Numbered from the stretch's first letter, positions 1 through 10,351 are shown. The stretch: DNA of 32,459 nucleotides from Oscillospiraceae bacterium (GCA_009782665.1 WRIP01000001.1:1-32459); one strand, 5' to 3'. Numbers and translations: made by a program. Notes: generated from the sequence alone by a model not told the origin.

Positions 1-2006
<2,006 letters not shown>

Positions 2007-2176
2007 TCATATAGCTAAATATTAACAAATTGACGGGTTGTTGTAAAGGTTACAATTGCCTTAATCATCCGTTTCGGTATCGATGTATCTGTTATCGGAC
2101 GCAACTGAGTGTATATACCGGTCACTGGATAGTTGACAGAAGCTACAAGAGAGATTTTTATCGATTTATTCTGAAC

Positions 2177-2217
2177 AAAAAACCATCAGGAGTCGGTTAT
2201 GATATAACTCCTGATGG
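2177..2217 (-). terminator. Rho-independent terminator of the rubrerythrin gene
   Basis: A perfect 11-bp stem (CCATCAGGAGT 2183..2193 pairs with ACTCCTGATGG 2207..2217) with a 13-nt loop. On the minus strand it is followed directly by TTTTTT (A-run 2177..2182), 16 nt past the rbr stop. Confidence 0.8.
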
Positions 2218-2232
2218 TCGGGTTTACTATTT

Positions 2233-2766
2233 TTAGTAGTTTACTAACTCAAGCTCGAAATATGCTTGGGGATGCTTACAGACCGGACATAGCTCTGGTG
2301 CTTCCTTAGCAACATGTATATGCCCACAGTTGCTACATTTCCAAACGACTATATCATCCTTGACAAACACCTTATCGTCCTCAAGGTTAGCGAGTAATGC
2401 TCTGTAGCGTTCTTCATGTGATCTTTCTATTTCGCCTACCTTCTCAAACAACCATGCGATATCTTGAAATCCTTCTTCTCGTGCCGTTACTGCAAATTCT
2501 GCATACATGTCGGTCCACTCTTCGTGTTCTCCCTCGGCAGCTGCTAGAAGATTTTCGGCGGTTGAACCGATTCCTACTGCTAATTTGTACCAAATCTCTG
2601 CATGTTCTTTTTCATTACCAGCGGTCTCTGTGAAGATATTTGATATTTGAACATACCCTTCACTTCTGGCTTTACTTGCAAAATATGTATACTTGTTGCG
2701 AGCTTGTGATTCACCAGCAAATGCATGTAACAGATTTGCTTCAGTTTTTGATCCTTTCAGGTCCAT
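2233..2766 (-). CDS. rbr: Rubrerythrin (N-terminal diiron ferritin-like domain plus C-terminal rubredoxin-like CxxC...CxxC)
   Basis: 177 aa. [30 protein letters not shown]...EKEHAEIW...EGEHEEW...ERSHEERY are diiron E/ExxH motifs. The C-terminus has CSNCGH...CPVCKHP. AAGGAG lies 6 nt before the ATG. Confidence 0.93.
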   Translation of the reverse strand: MDLKGSKTEANLLHAFAGESQARNKYTYFASKARSEGYVQISNIFTETAGNEKEHAEIWYKLAVGIGSTAENLLAAAEGEHEEWTDMYAEFAVTAREEGFQDIAWLFEKVGEIERSHEERYRALLANLEDDKVFVKDDIVVWKCSNCGHIHVAKEAPELCPVCKHPQAYFELELVNY

Positions 2767-2847
2767 ATCGTACTCCTTACTCCTAATATTTATATCATTC
2801 GTATGACGACCGTATTTTACATCCGTAATCGGTCGAGATACAACTAT

Positions 2848-2876
2848 ATTATACTTTATCCGATATATTTTTTCAA
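2848..2876 (-). promoter_or_regulatory. Candidate sigma-A promoter for rbr
   Basis: On the minus strand, TTGAAA (complement of 2871..2876), a 17-nt spacer, then TATAAT (complement of 2848..2853), about 80 nt upstream of the rbr ATG. Sequence match only. Confidence 0.4.
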
Positions 2877-3195
2877 TGTCAATAGTTTGATGATTTCTCT
2901 GCTCCCGGGAGAAAAATCCTTTCAGTACTATACAACTACTCGACAGTTATGAGAACAAGGAATATCCGGGATAAAGCAATGCTCCTATTGCTACCATTCT
3001 TAGGATACTCTATCAAATACCAATACTTATTTTTCATAGCTGTCACATAATGGATTTTTGACAATTCATACAGTATCTGAAGTATCAACAATCAGATTCC
3101 TAACCATATCAAGCAACTATCCTCAACCGTCGAAACACCACTATATTCTTGTGTCGACGACTGTTTTATGTTTGTGGATTCAGGTTTTTCCTTTA

Positions 3196-6100
3196 TCATT
3201 CGGAGCGTAACGCTTCAACAGGTGCTCTACGAGCTGCAGCAGATGCAGGAATCAAACCGGCAATATATGTCAACGTCATACTTATGATTACGAGTATAAC
3301 CGGTATCCCCGGCGGCATGATAACCAACCTTACGATTCCGAGCAGGTTATTCAGAATGATATTTGCAACTATGACAATAAGGGAAGTAATGAGTACTCCT
3401 ATAACCCCTGCAGTGAATCCGATTATTAGTGTCTCAGCATTGAAAACAAGTCGGATATTACCTTTACTAGCACCTACAGCTCGTAAAATTCCTATTTCTT
3501 TTTTCCTTTCGAGGACAGAAATGAAGGTAATAACGCCTATCATTATTGATGATACAATTAGCGCAACCGAGACAAAGGCAACCAGTGCATAGCTGACCAT
3601 ATCGATTATGTTGGTAACTGAGGACATCATCAATCCGACCATATCGATGAAATGTATCACTTTTTCAGGCTCATCATTTTCTTCCATACTCGCGTTATAT
3701 ATGTCCAAAATATCCAGCATTCTTTCCTTTGCTTCAAAGCTTCTCGGATATATATCAATCTGTGAAGGGATATTTACATCGGCATATCCCAGTTTTCGTA
3801 AATTCTGTTCATAGTCAGTCACCGATGGATTCATTATTGACATAATGAGATCATAGATTTCATCCTCACCTATTTCCATTTTAAATGCATCTGCCAGAGT
3901 TTCACCGTTGAACGATTCCATTGAGTCTTTCATTTTTACGGAAATCTCTTCAAATGTGCTTTGAATGGTGCTGGCAATTTGACCGGTAACAGCACTCATT
4001 GCAGCTTCCATAGTTTTAGGCAGTTCCGACATAGATTCTTTCAATGCCTGTCCAATTTGAGACGAGAGATTTTGCATGGCATCTTGAATGGCCGTTTCAA
4101 TTTGTGAAGACACTGCATTCATCATACTCTCCATGGCAGATTGCATCATGCTTTGCATTGCACTTGCTAAAGCTGCTTGCAATTGCTGTTGTACTGCCTG
4201 AACCACCTGTGTCATATATGCCGAGGTAGCCTGCATCATATACTCGGTCAACGCCGTTATTAAGGTTCCACTCAAATCTGTTGTTTGAAGCACATCCTCA
4301 AGTAGATTGTTTATCATTTCTTGTGTTTCCGACAGAGTAATATATTCAGTAAATACCGTCAATATCTCTTGCGGTGTTGTTGCACCAGGTGAGGCTGATT
4401 GCAGGTAATCCATGAAATCTGACATGATTAGATCAAGTATACCGGTAAGAGTACCGGGAGGCAGGTTGAGTTGAGTTGCCAAGGAAATGAGTAGATTATC
4501 AATATCGAACTGCGGAGGAGGTATGTTTGAGAAGTCTAACGTAATGTTACTAAAATCAATGTTTCCCATATCAATACCGCTAAAGTCAATATTACTGAAA
4601 TCCAAACCTTTTAAATCGAGGCCACTGAAATCCATACTTCCGAAATCGATATCCCCAAAATCTATGGCACTGAAATCAAAACTTTTGAAATCCAAATTGC
4701 TGAAGTCCATGCCGGAAAAATCAAACCCGGATAATGCATCTTCGAAGTCGAGTGTATTTCTGAACAGCTCTTCATCTACCGATATGATTTTTGAAAAATC
4801 AAATTCATGATCGGGATTATCTCTTTCATCCTCAAACGTTCTGCCTGACAGTATATTAATATCCGGATGAGCCAACTGTTCTTTCACCACATGATTACTT
4901 CGCACTTCCTCCATCAGATGAGTTATGAGCTCCGGTGTGTAGTTGACACCCATTGATAAAATTGTAGCGGTAGCATCTTCATTTGGTTGCACAATACCTA
5001 CAATCTTAAGATCTAAACTGTTTTTTATTAATTTCTTCATGAAGCCGGTATCGCCGGATTTATCTACCCATACGTCATACAATTGATCATATTGATACCA
5101 CTCAGCCGGATGTACGACCTTAAAGTACAAACTCATAAAGGTATCGTACGAATAGATCCCTTTCCCTTCAGATACTTCTATTTCAATATCGGTAGCATTT
5201 CTGAAAGAGTCAATCATCTGTCTCATTTCATCCCGATCGCGTACACCCAAGCAGAATAACATATAGTCAGTAATACTGTTATTACCTCTGAGAACCAGAA
5301 CTGCTTCATCATACCGCTGAGGCCAACGTCCCGCCAAGACATCATATTGAGATTCATAAAGATCCGGTTCATTGGGCAACTCTGAAAAAGCATTCATGTT
5401 ACTCATGATTAATCCGCTGGATGCATCACCGCTTCTCATACCTCTCATACCACCGAATACCGAATCCGGGTTAATCTGATCTATCCCTGTTGATGTATCT
5501 GCAATGAATATTTGCGGTGTAATATCATACTTATAGTGTACTGTACTGACATATTTTGAAATAGTCTGCTCATTCTCTTCCAAGTACTTTTTCAGACTCT
5601 CTAGATCATTCGTAGTTTGGGTAGAAAACAAAGTCTTCATGATATTCATTTCACGAACCCCGTCTATGGGTTCTGCTTCCAGCATCTCGCGTCTTACCTC
5701 CGAACGCATGTTCTCCCCGTCATCATTGTCCGATATGATATCGGACAAATCAAAACTCTGAGTTTGAATGACAAGCGGATATACGCTGAGGGTATCTTCT
5801 TCAATACCTCTGATATACTCATTAATCCCATTTGAAAATGCAAAAATTGTCGCAATTCCAATGATTCCTATCGAACCGGCAAAAGCAGTCAAGAATGTAC
5901 GACCTTTTTTTGTCATCAGATTAGAGAATGAAAGCGCGACTGCAGTAAAGAATGACATCCGTGATTTGCGTGTTTGGCGTCCTGTAGACCAATCTTCTAC
6001 TACTGGCTCATAAGGATTTGAATCTGAAGCGATTTTACCGTCTACGAGGTTGATAGTGCGATTTGCATATTGATGCGCCAACTCATTATTATGTGTGACA

Positions 6101-6684
6101 ATTATAACCAATCGGTCTTTTGCAATCTCTGTAAGCAGTTCCATCACCTGTTTGCTTGTAGTTGTATCGAGAGCTCCAGTGGGTTCATCTGCTAACAGTA
6201 TTTCAGGATCATTAATGATGGCCCTGGCAATCGCAACACGTTGCATCTGACCACCGCTGAGTTGCCCGGGTTTCTTTTTCATGTGATCTTCCAACCCGAC
6301 TTCTTTTAATACCGCTATTGCACGTTGACGACGTTCTCTCTTCGATACACCGCTCAAGGTTAAAGCCAACTCAACATTGGCAAGAACAGATTGGTGAGTA
6401 ATGAGGTTGTAGCTTTGAAATACAAACCCTATACGATTGTTCCGGTATGTATCCCAATCACTATCTTTGTATTCTTCGGTGGAAACATTATCTATTTCCA
6501 AGTCTCCAGAATCATATCTGTCAAGACCTCCGATAATATTGAGCATTGTGGTTTTCCCTGAACCGGATGGACCTAATATGGCTGCAAACTCATTATCTCG
6601 AAATGCAATCGAGACTTCATCTAAGGCATCTTGTGTAAAACCAGCAGTTGTATATGATTTCTTGATGTTTGTTAAACGTAGCAT
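3196..6684 (-). CDS. Fused ABC ATPase plus MacB/FtsX-type permease, 1162 aa, with a very large repeat-containing extracytoplasmic domain
   Basis: The N-terminus has Walker A GPSGSGKTT, signature LSGGQMQRVAIARA, Walker B LLADEPTGALD and H-loop VTHN. A first TM follows (FLTAFAGSIGIIGIATIFAF), then a roughly 740-aa ectodomain. The C-terminus is an FtsX-type 3-TM bundle (...ERKKEIGILRAVGASK...AARRAPVEALRSE). AAGGAAA RBS. The stop is TGA. Confidence 0.92.
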   Translation of the reverse strand: MLRLTNIKKSYTTAGFTQDALDEVSIAFRDNEFAAILGPSGSGKTTMLNIIGGLDRYDSGDLEIDNVSTEEYKDSDWDTYRNNRIGFVFQSYNLITHQSVLANVELALTLSGVSKRERRQRAIAVLKEVGLEDHMKKKPGQLSGGQMQRVAIARAIINDPEILLADEPTGALDTTTSKQVMELLTEIAKDRLVIIVTHNNELAHQYANRTINLVDGKIASDSNPYEPVVEDWSTGRQTRKSRMSFFTAVALSFSNLMTKKGRTFLTAFAGSIGIIGIATIFAFSNGINEYIRGIEEDTLSVYPLVIQTQSFDLSDIISDNDDGENMRSEVRREMLEAEPIDGVREMNIMKTLFSTQTTNDLESLKKYLEENEQTISKYVSTVHYKYDITPQIFIADTSTGIDQINPDSVFGGMRGMRSGDASSGLIMSNMNAFSELPNEPDLYESQYDVLAGRWPQRYDEAVLVLRGNNSITDYMLFCLGVRDRDEMRQMIDSFRNATDIEIEVSEGKGIYSYDTFMSLYFKVVHPAEWYQYDQLYDVWVDKSGDTGFMKKLIKNSLDLKIVGIVQPNEDATATILSMGVNYTPELITHLMEEVRSNHVVKEQLAHPDINILSGRTFEDERDNPDHEFDFSKIISVDEELFRNTLDFEDALSGFDFSGMDFSNLDFKSFDFSAIDFGDIDFGSMDFSGLDLKGLDFSNIDFSGIDMGNIDFSNITLDFSNIPPPQFDIDNLLISLATQLNLPPGTLTGILDLIMSDFMDYLQSASPGATTPQEILTVFTEYITLSETQEMINNLLEDVLQTTDLSGTLITALTEYMMQATSAYMTQVVQAVQQQLQAALASAMQSMMQSAMESMMNAVSSQIETAIQDAMQNLSSQIGQALKESMSELPKTMEAAMSAVTGQIASTIQSTFEEISVKMKDSMESFNGETLADAFKMEIGEDEIYDLIMSIMNPSVTDYEQNLRKLGYADVNIPSQIDIYPRSFEAKERMLDILDIYNASMEENDEPEKVIHFIDMVGLMMSSVTNIIDMVSYALVAFVSVALIVSSIMIGVITFISVLERKKEIGILRAVGASKGNIRLVFNAETLIIGFTAGVIGVLITSLIVIVANIILNNLLGIVRLVIMPPGIPVILVIISMTLTYIAGLIPASAAARRAPVEALRSE
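4556..4735 (-). repeat. Twelve in-phase 15-nt tandem units encoding pentapeptides (F/M/L/I)-D-(F/L/M)-(S/G/K)-x inside the ABC ectodomain
   Basis: Plus-strand units share the core nnnGAAATCnAn (for example gccactgaaatccat, acttccgaaatcgat, ggcactgaaatcaaa). The minus-strand translation is FDFSG MDFSN LDFKS FDFSA IDFGD IDFGS MDFSG LDLKG LDFSN IDFSG IDMGN IDFSN. Confidence 0.9.
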
Positions 6685-6804
6685 TAAGTAGTTTTCCTTC
6701 TTGTGTGTTTTATTCTGAATTCCTGTATTATCTGAATACGAATCTCTCTTTATTCGTAAGTCTGTGAGTTACAGCTTCTCCCAGTATTAAAGTGCTCAAA
6801 TTTT

Positions 6805-7251
6805 TCACTGTTCCGAGTGCATGTATTTTTGCGACAACTCATAGAATTGCTTTATCGAGTTTAAGAACAGTAATGTATCATCCTTCCCCATTTCAATAAA
6901 AACATTCGAGTAGATTTGCTTGATACTCTTTGTTTCCTCTTCGAAATACCTACGACCTGCATCAGTTATCGTTACGTGTATGTTGCGTCGGTTATTCTTG
7001 TCTGTTTCTCGATGAATATAACCTTTTTTCTCTAGACTAGCCAGAAGTGCAGATACTCTGCCGGTAGTGACCTGTAATGCCGTGCTCAGTTCGGTTGGTA
7101 ATACCTTTACATCCTGCTGAGTCAGAAAATGTAATGCAAAAAGCTCTCCCTTATTTGCTCGATTTATGTTTTCCAGCATATCCTTTTTACCACTTGCCAG
7201 AGTGTGACATAATTCGTCAAATGCTTTATCTACAAAATCCAAATTATCCAT
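6805..7251 (-). CDS. MarR-family transcriptional regulator, directly upstream of and co-directional with the ABC fusion
   Basis: A winged-helix core: ...LPTELSTALQVTTGRVSALLASLEKKGYIHRETDKNNRRNIHVTITDAGRRYF. The track ORF starts at 7272. I prefer the ATG at 7251 because AAAGGAG sits 5 nt upstream of it (ATGTTGATGAAAGGAGTATGGATG). Confidence 0.85.
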   Translation of the reverse strand: MDNLDFVDKAFDELCHTLASGKKDMLENINRANKGELFALHFLTQQDVKVLPTELSTALQVTTGRVSALLASLEKKGYIHRETDKNNRRNIHVTITDAGRRYFEEETKSIKQIYSNVFIEMGKDDTLLFLNSIKQFYELSQKYMHSEQ

Positions 7252-7432
7252 CCATACTCCTTTCATCAACATTACATAGTAATTATTATTAACAGTATTA
7301 ACAGTTTATACTATATAATTGTTCCTGTCAATAAATCTTTTGTTTAGATTGAACTTGAAGCAACAACCATGTTAAAATACAAACCGAAAGCAGCTTGACA
7401 TAACAACTATACGAATAACATGGAGAGCATTT

Positions 7433-8092
7433 ATGAAACAATATATGTATGCAATCTTTGATCTTGATGGGACATTGCTTGACACTGCTGAAGATCTGGC
7501 TGATTCAGTAAATCATGCCTTGACTCTGTCTAATCTTAATCAGCGTACACTCGAGGAGATTAAGCGGTTTGTCGGGAACGGCATAGCCAATCTTATCTCT
7601 CTTTCGGTCGGTAACGATGTATCCGAGGATACATACCAAAAAGTATTATCTGATTTCAAACAACACTATGCTTCAAATATCGCAAACAAGACTAAACCGT
7701 TTGACGGAATAATAGAGCTGCTTACCGCACTCAAAGAACACTCCGTTTCGGTTGCGGTATCTTCTAACAAATATCAAGCGGGTGTAGAAGAGTTATGTGA
7801 GTTATACTTCAAGGATCTTTATACCGCCGCGTTCGGAGAAAGGCCGAACGTACCTAGAAAGCCCGATCCCTCCATCGTATATACTGCTATAAGACAGCTG
7901 GGAGCATCATCTGACCTTACGCTATATATCGGTGACTCAGAGGTGGATGGTCAGACAGCAAAAAACGCCGGCATTGACTTTGTCGGAGTTTCCTGGGGGT
8001 TAAGACCTATTGAACTACTCATCGAGAGCGGTGCGATGGCAATAGTCGACCGGCCCGAGCATCTTTTAGCTTTTTTTGAGCCTTCCCTATAG
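7433..8092 (+). CDS. HAD-superfamily hydrolase, phosphoglycolate-phosphatase-like
   Basis: 219 aa. HAD motif I is FDLDGTLLDT, motif II region is VSSNK, and the C-terminus has a GDSEVDGQTAKNAG (GDxxxD) motif. GGAGAG RBS. Confidence 0.82.
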   Translation: MKQYMYAIFDLDGTLLDTAEDLADSVNHALTLSNLNQRTLEEIKRFVGNGIANLISLSVGNDVSEDTYQKVLSDFKQHYASNIANKTKPFDGIIELLTALKEHSVSVAVSSNKYQAGVEELCELYFKDLYTAAFGERPNVPRKPDPSIVYTAIRQLGASSDLTLYIGDSEVDGQTAKNAGIDFVGVSWGLRPIELLIESGAMAIVDRPEHLLAFFEPSL

Positions 8093-8698
8093 GGTGAAGA
8101 TCCTTCCAGTCAGGCTATAGATAGCCATTGCTAAACCTGCCAGATACAGTAATGTAACCGGCAACCCTTTGAAGGCGGCAGGGATATCACGACTCTGCAA
8201 CTTACGCTGTCCCTCCACTACATATATGATAGCAAGGGTGTATCCGATTGAGCTACCTATTGAGTAGACTATCGTCTCACTTAGTGTCATCTGCTCAATA
8301 CTCGACAGCATTATGACACCGAATACCATACTGTTAAAGGTCGCTGTGGGCATCGCCTCAGCGGCTTTTCCGATATGTTCATACGGAATAATTTTTATCG
8401 CAGTTATGAATACCAGAAGATATATCACCGACATAACCAATACCAATATCAACACACGGAAGATGGTTGCGTTTTCGATTCGATCGATATACGAGTGATA
8501 TATAGAGTAGTATATGACACTGCTTAAGGCCGTAGTCAATGAGAGCAGAATGCAGAAGATGACGGTGCTGCGTACATTGTCGACCAAAGAAATGACTCTA
8601 GACAAACCCATTGCGCGGGTAAAGACGACATTCTCAATCGTGATTGCTGCTAAAATTATCAGCAGATAATCTCCTAATATATTACCCATGTTACCCAT
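8087..8698 (-). CDS. RnfA/NqrE-family membrane protein, cysteine-less variant
   Basis: 203 aa, polytopic. The C-terminal DIPAAFKGLPVTLLYLAGLAMAIYSLTG matches the RnfA D(V/I)P.PF.G..I.LI.AGLM..AF.GFSG signature. The conserved LG(L/I)CP and TNCAVLG motifs read MGLSR and FNSMVFG. Confidence 0.8.
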   Translation of the reverse strand: MGNMGNILGDYLLIILAAITIENVVFTRAMGLSRVISLVDNVRSTVIFCILLSLTTALSSVIYYSIYHSYIDRIENATIFRVLILVLVMSVIYLLVFITAIKIIPYEHIGKAAEAMPTATFNSMVFGVIMLSSIEQMTLSETIVYSIGSSIGYTLAIIYVVEGQRKLQSRDIPAAFKGLPVTLLYLAGLAMAIYSLTGRIFTL

Positions 8699-8715
8699 GT
8701 TTGTTCCATTCTCCG

Positions 8716-9399
8716 CTATATTGTTTCGTCTGAGTCTTCGGTAAACTGTGTGTCCTTGGCATAACGATACCGTGCGCGTTTAATTAAACTGACTAAAAAC
8801 TGAAAAACTGCACAGAAAGCTGCAGCTATTATTAACCCTCCGACAGCGGTGGTAAATATCGGGAAAGGTGCCGGTGAGATAATCGGGCTACCCCACAAAC
8901 TACCGTGACCGAGTAACTCACGCAGAGCACCCACAAGGAATACCGACATAGCAAATCCCACCGAAGATAGTATGCCACTCAGCAGACAGCTCCAACCCTT
9001 TTCTCTTTGTGGTATCTCTGCCGGTGAGGTTATGATTGAATCCACTACCAATATGGGCAGATAGATACCCATCGCTGCAACACTCATGCCAAACAGATTG
9101 GTGATTACCGATAACCCGGGTATATATATGAGGGCTGCAACTACCGAATACACCATTATTCTGAGTTTCTGCGGGATGGTACCTATCAGTATATTACCGA
9201 TGAATCGGGTAGGTATAAGTAGGATAGGTATCATAATCGACAGGATGGTCGCATTACGCAGGGTAGTCGCTGCTCCGATAACCGGAGTAAGCGCAAGCCC
9301 TTCGATGAACACCGGATTATTTACTAAAATCCGATCGTTTTTCAATCGTTCCTCGGTGCTGCGTATCAATGACTGATTTGATTTAGGGTTTCTTCTCAT
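8716..9399 (-). CDS. RnfE/NqrD-family membrane protein, lacking the conserved cysteines
   Basis: 227 aa. NNPVFIEGLALTPVIGAATT and GIYLPILVVDSIITSPAE...LVGALRELLGHGSLWG parallel RfnE-type N(N/P)..LV.LLG(L/M)CP and GIFIPLIV(T/V)NCI(V/I)(V/L)GRAEAF...G.(L/I)REI(I/L)G.GT(L/I)F(D/G), the canonical RnfE motifs. The ATGA overlap couples its start to the upstream rnfD-like stop. Confidence 0.8.
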   Translation of the reverse strand: MRRNPKSNQSLIRSTEERLKNDRILVNNPVFIEGLALTPVIGAATTLRNATILSIMIPILLIPTRFIGNILIGTIPQKLRIMVYSVVAALIYIPGLSVITNLFGMSVAAMGIYLPILVVDSIITSPAEIPQREKGWSCLLSGILSSVGFAMSVFLVGALRELLGHGSLWGSPIISPAPFPIFTTAVGGLIIAAAFCAVFQFLVSLIKRARYRYAKDTQFTEDSDETI

Positions 9400-10334
9400 C
9401 GGGTACCCCCGGTTTTAGGCGGAAACTTTCGGTCGAGATATGGGGAAATCGGGTTGATTACTACTACAGCAAACACTACACCCATCTGATATATTCCGTA
9501 ACGTCCGAATAACATAGCTGTCAATCCTAACAGCACACCATAGATGAGCTTGGCTTTCGGATTAACTGGAGAGGTGACAGGTTCTGCGGCTATATATACC
9601 GCTCCGAAAATAAGAGTGTCAGATAAAACTTCGTAGAGCACCGAATAGAGTCTGCTGATCTCTAACCTCGGGAAACAGAACGCAAATACGACAATCGCTA
9701 GCAGGTACATGAACGGGGTATGCCAAGTGGTTACCTTACAGGCAATCAAAAAAACGAGTATAGCCAGTATTACAAGGCTATATGAAGCACCTATTGGACC
9801 GGGATGGTTACCCAGCAAAAAATCTACCTTATCAATGTTGCCGGGTATACCACCAGCTTTTATGGTTTGTGAAGCCGATTCGAATAGTTGAATCGATTCA
9901 TCGAACTTTAGCCCGATATTGGTGAAGGGTTGAGGATAGCGGAATATCTCGGTAGGCCAACAGATAGCCGAAGCCATAAACCCGAAGGCAGAAGGATGCA
10001 GGATACATCCGGTATAGTCTCCGAATGCATGTTTGATAAACACCGTTAGTATACTTCCACAGAGTACAATTGAGTATCTGACCGTAGCCGGTAGTAACAG
10101 CACAAAGATTACCGTAAACATAATGCTGCTCATATCCTGTCCGTTATAGCTACGTTTTCTCATTAGTGCTACCAAGAGGTCGCTGAGAACCGCTATAACT
10201 ACGGCAATGAGCAACAAAATAAGCGGCCGAATACCATAGAGATAAACCGTTATTCCGATGAGTGGAACAACCGAAAACAGAAAGGCAGAAAACCGTTTAT
10301 ATATGAAAGGTGTCGATTGTTTTTTCGATGGCAT
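9396..10334 (-). CDS. RnfD/NqrB-family membrane protein, divergent
   Basis: 312 aa, polytopic. The C-terminal ...LIFGAVYIAAEPVTSPVNPKAKLIYGVLLGLTAMLFGRYGIYQMGVVFAVVVINPISPYLDR resembles RnfD ...MLGAFF(I/M).TDPVT(S/A)..T..G..IFG...G.L...IR..G.YP.GV.(F/Y)(A/S).LL.N...PLID. Confidence 0.75.
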   Translation of the reverse strand: MPSKKQSTPFIYKRFSAFLFSVVPLIGITVYLYGIRPLILLLIAVVIAVLSDLLVALMRKRSYNGQDMSSIMFTVIFVLLLPATVRYSIVLCGSILTVFIKHAFGDYTGCILHPSAFGFMASAICWPTEIFRYPQPFTNIGLKFDESIQLFESASQTIKAGGIPGNIDKVDFLLGNHPGPIGASYSLVILAILVFLIACKVTTWHTPFMYLLAIVVFAFCFPRLEISRLYSVLYEVLSDTLIFGAVYIAAEPVTSPVNPKAKLIYGVLLGLTAMLFGRYGIYQMGVVFAVVVINPISPYLDRKFPPKTGGTR

Positions 10335-10351
10335 AAACTACCCCAGTAATA

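Noticed and set aside
2030-2236. 68-aa Cys-rich plus-strand ORF (MTGCCKGYNCLNHPFRYRCICY...) between PFOR and rbr
   Set aside because: It has a TTG start with no SD. It runs through the rbr terminator hairpin and lies in the PFOR promoter/leader region. It is most likely non-coding.
4556-4735. Whether the regular short repeat could be a CRISPR array or a minisatellite
   Set aside because: The period is only 15 nt with no spacers. It is in frame inside a coding region, and the units have diverged at synonymous and non-synonymous sites.
4487-4810. 107-aa plus-strand ORF with a striking (L/P)KS(I/M/K) repeat (…LKSILLKSKPFKSRPLKSILPKSISPKSMALKSKLLKSKLLKSMPEKS…)
   Set aside because: It is the antisense shadow of the 15-nt DFS-pentapeptide repeat in the minus-strand ABC gene. 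It has no SD and lies wholly inside a gene with unambiguous ABC/FtsX motifs.
3149-6691. Plus-strand ORFs inside the ABC gene (3149-3592, 3608-3814, 4044-4229, 5617-6013, 6437-6691)
   Set aside because: They are antisense to a continuous 1162-codon ORF with ABC and FtsX signatures. None has an SD or recognisable motifs.
8087-8092. Convergent HAD and rnfA-like genes overlap by 6 nt, with both stop codons inside the palindrome CTATAG; similarly, the kinase-like and MOSC genes overlap by 20 nt at 20103..20122
   Set aside because: The observation is real, but it is an ordinary consequence of compact convergent genes. No terminator or other structure is visible to build on.
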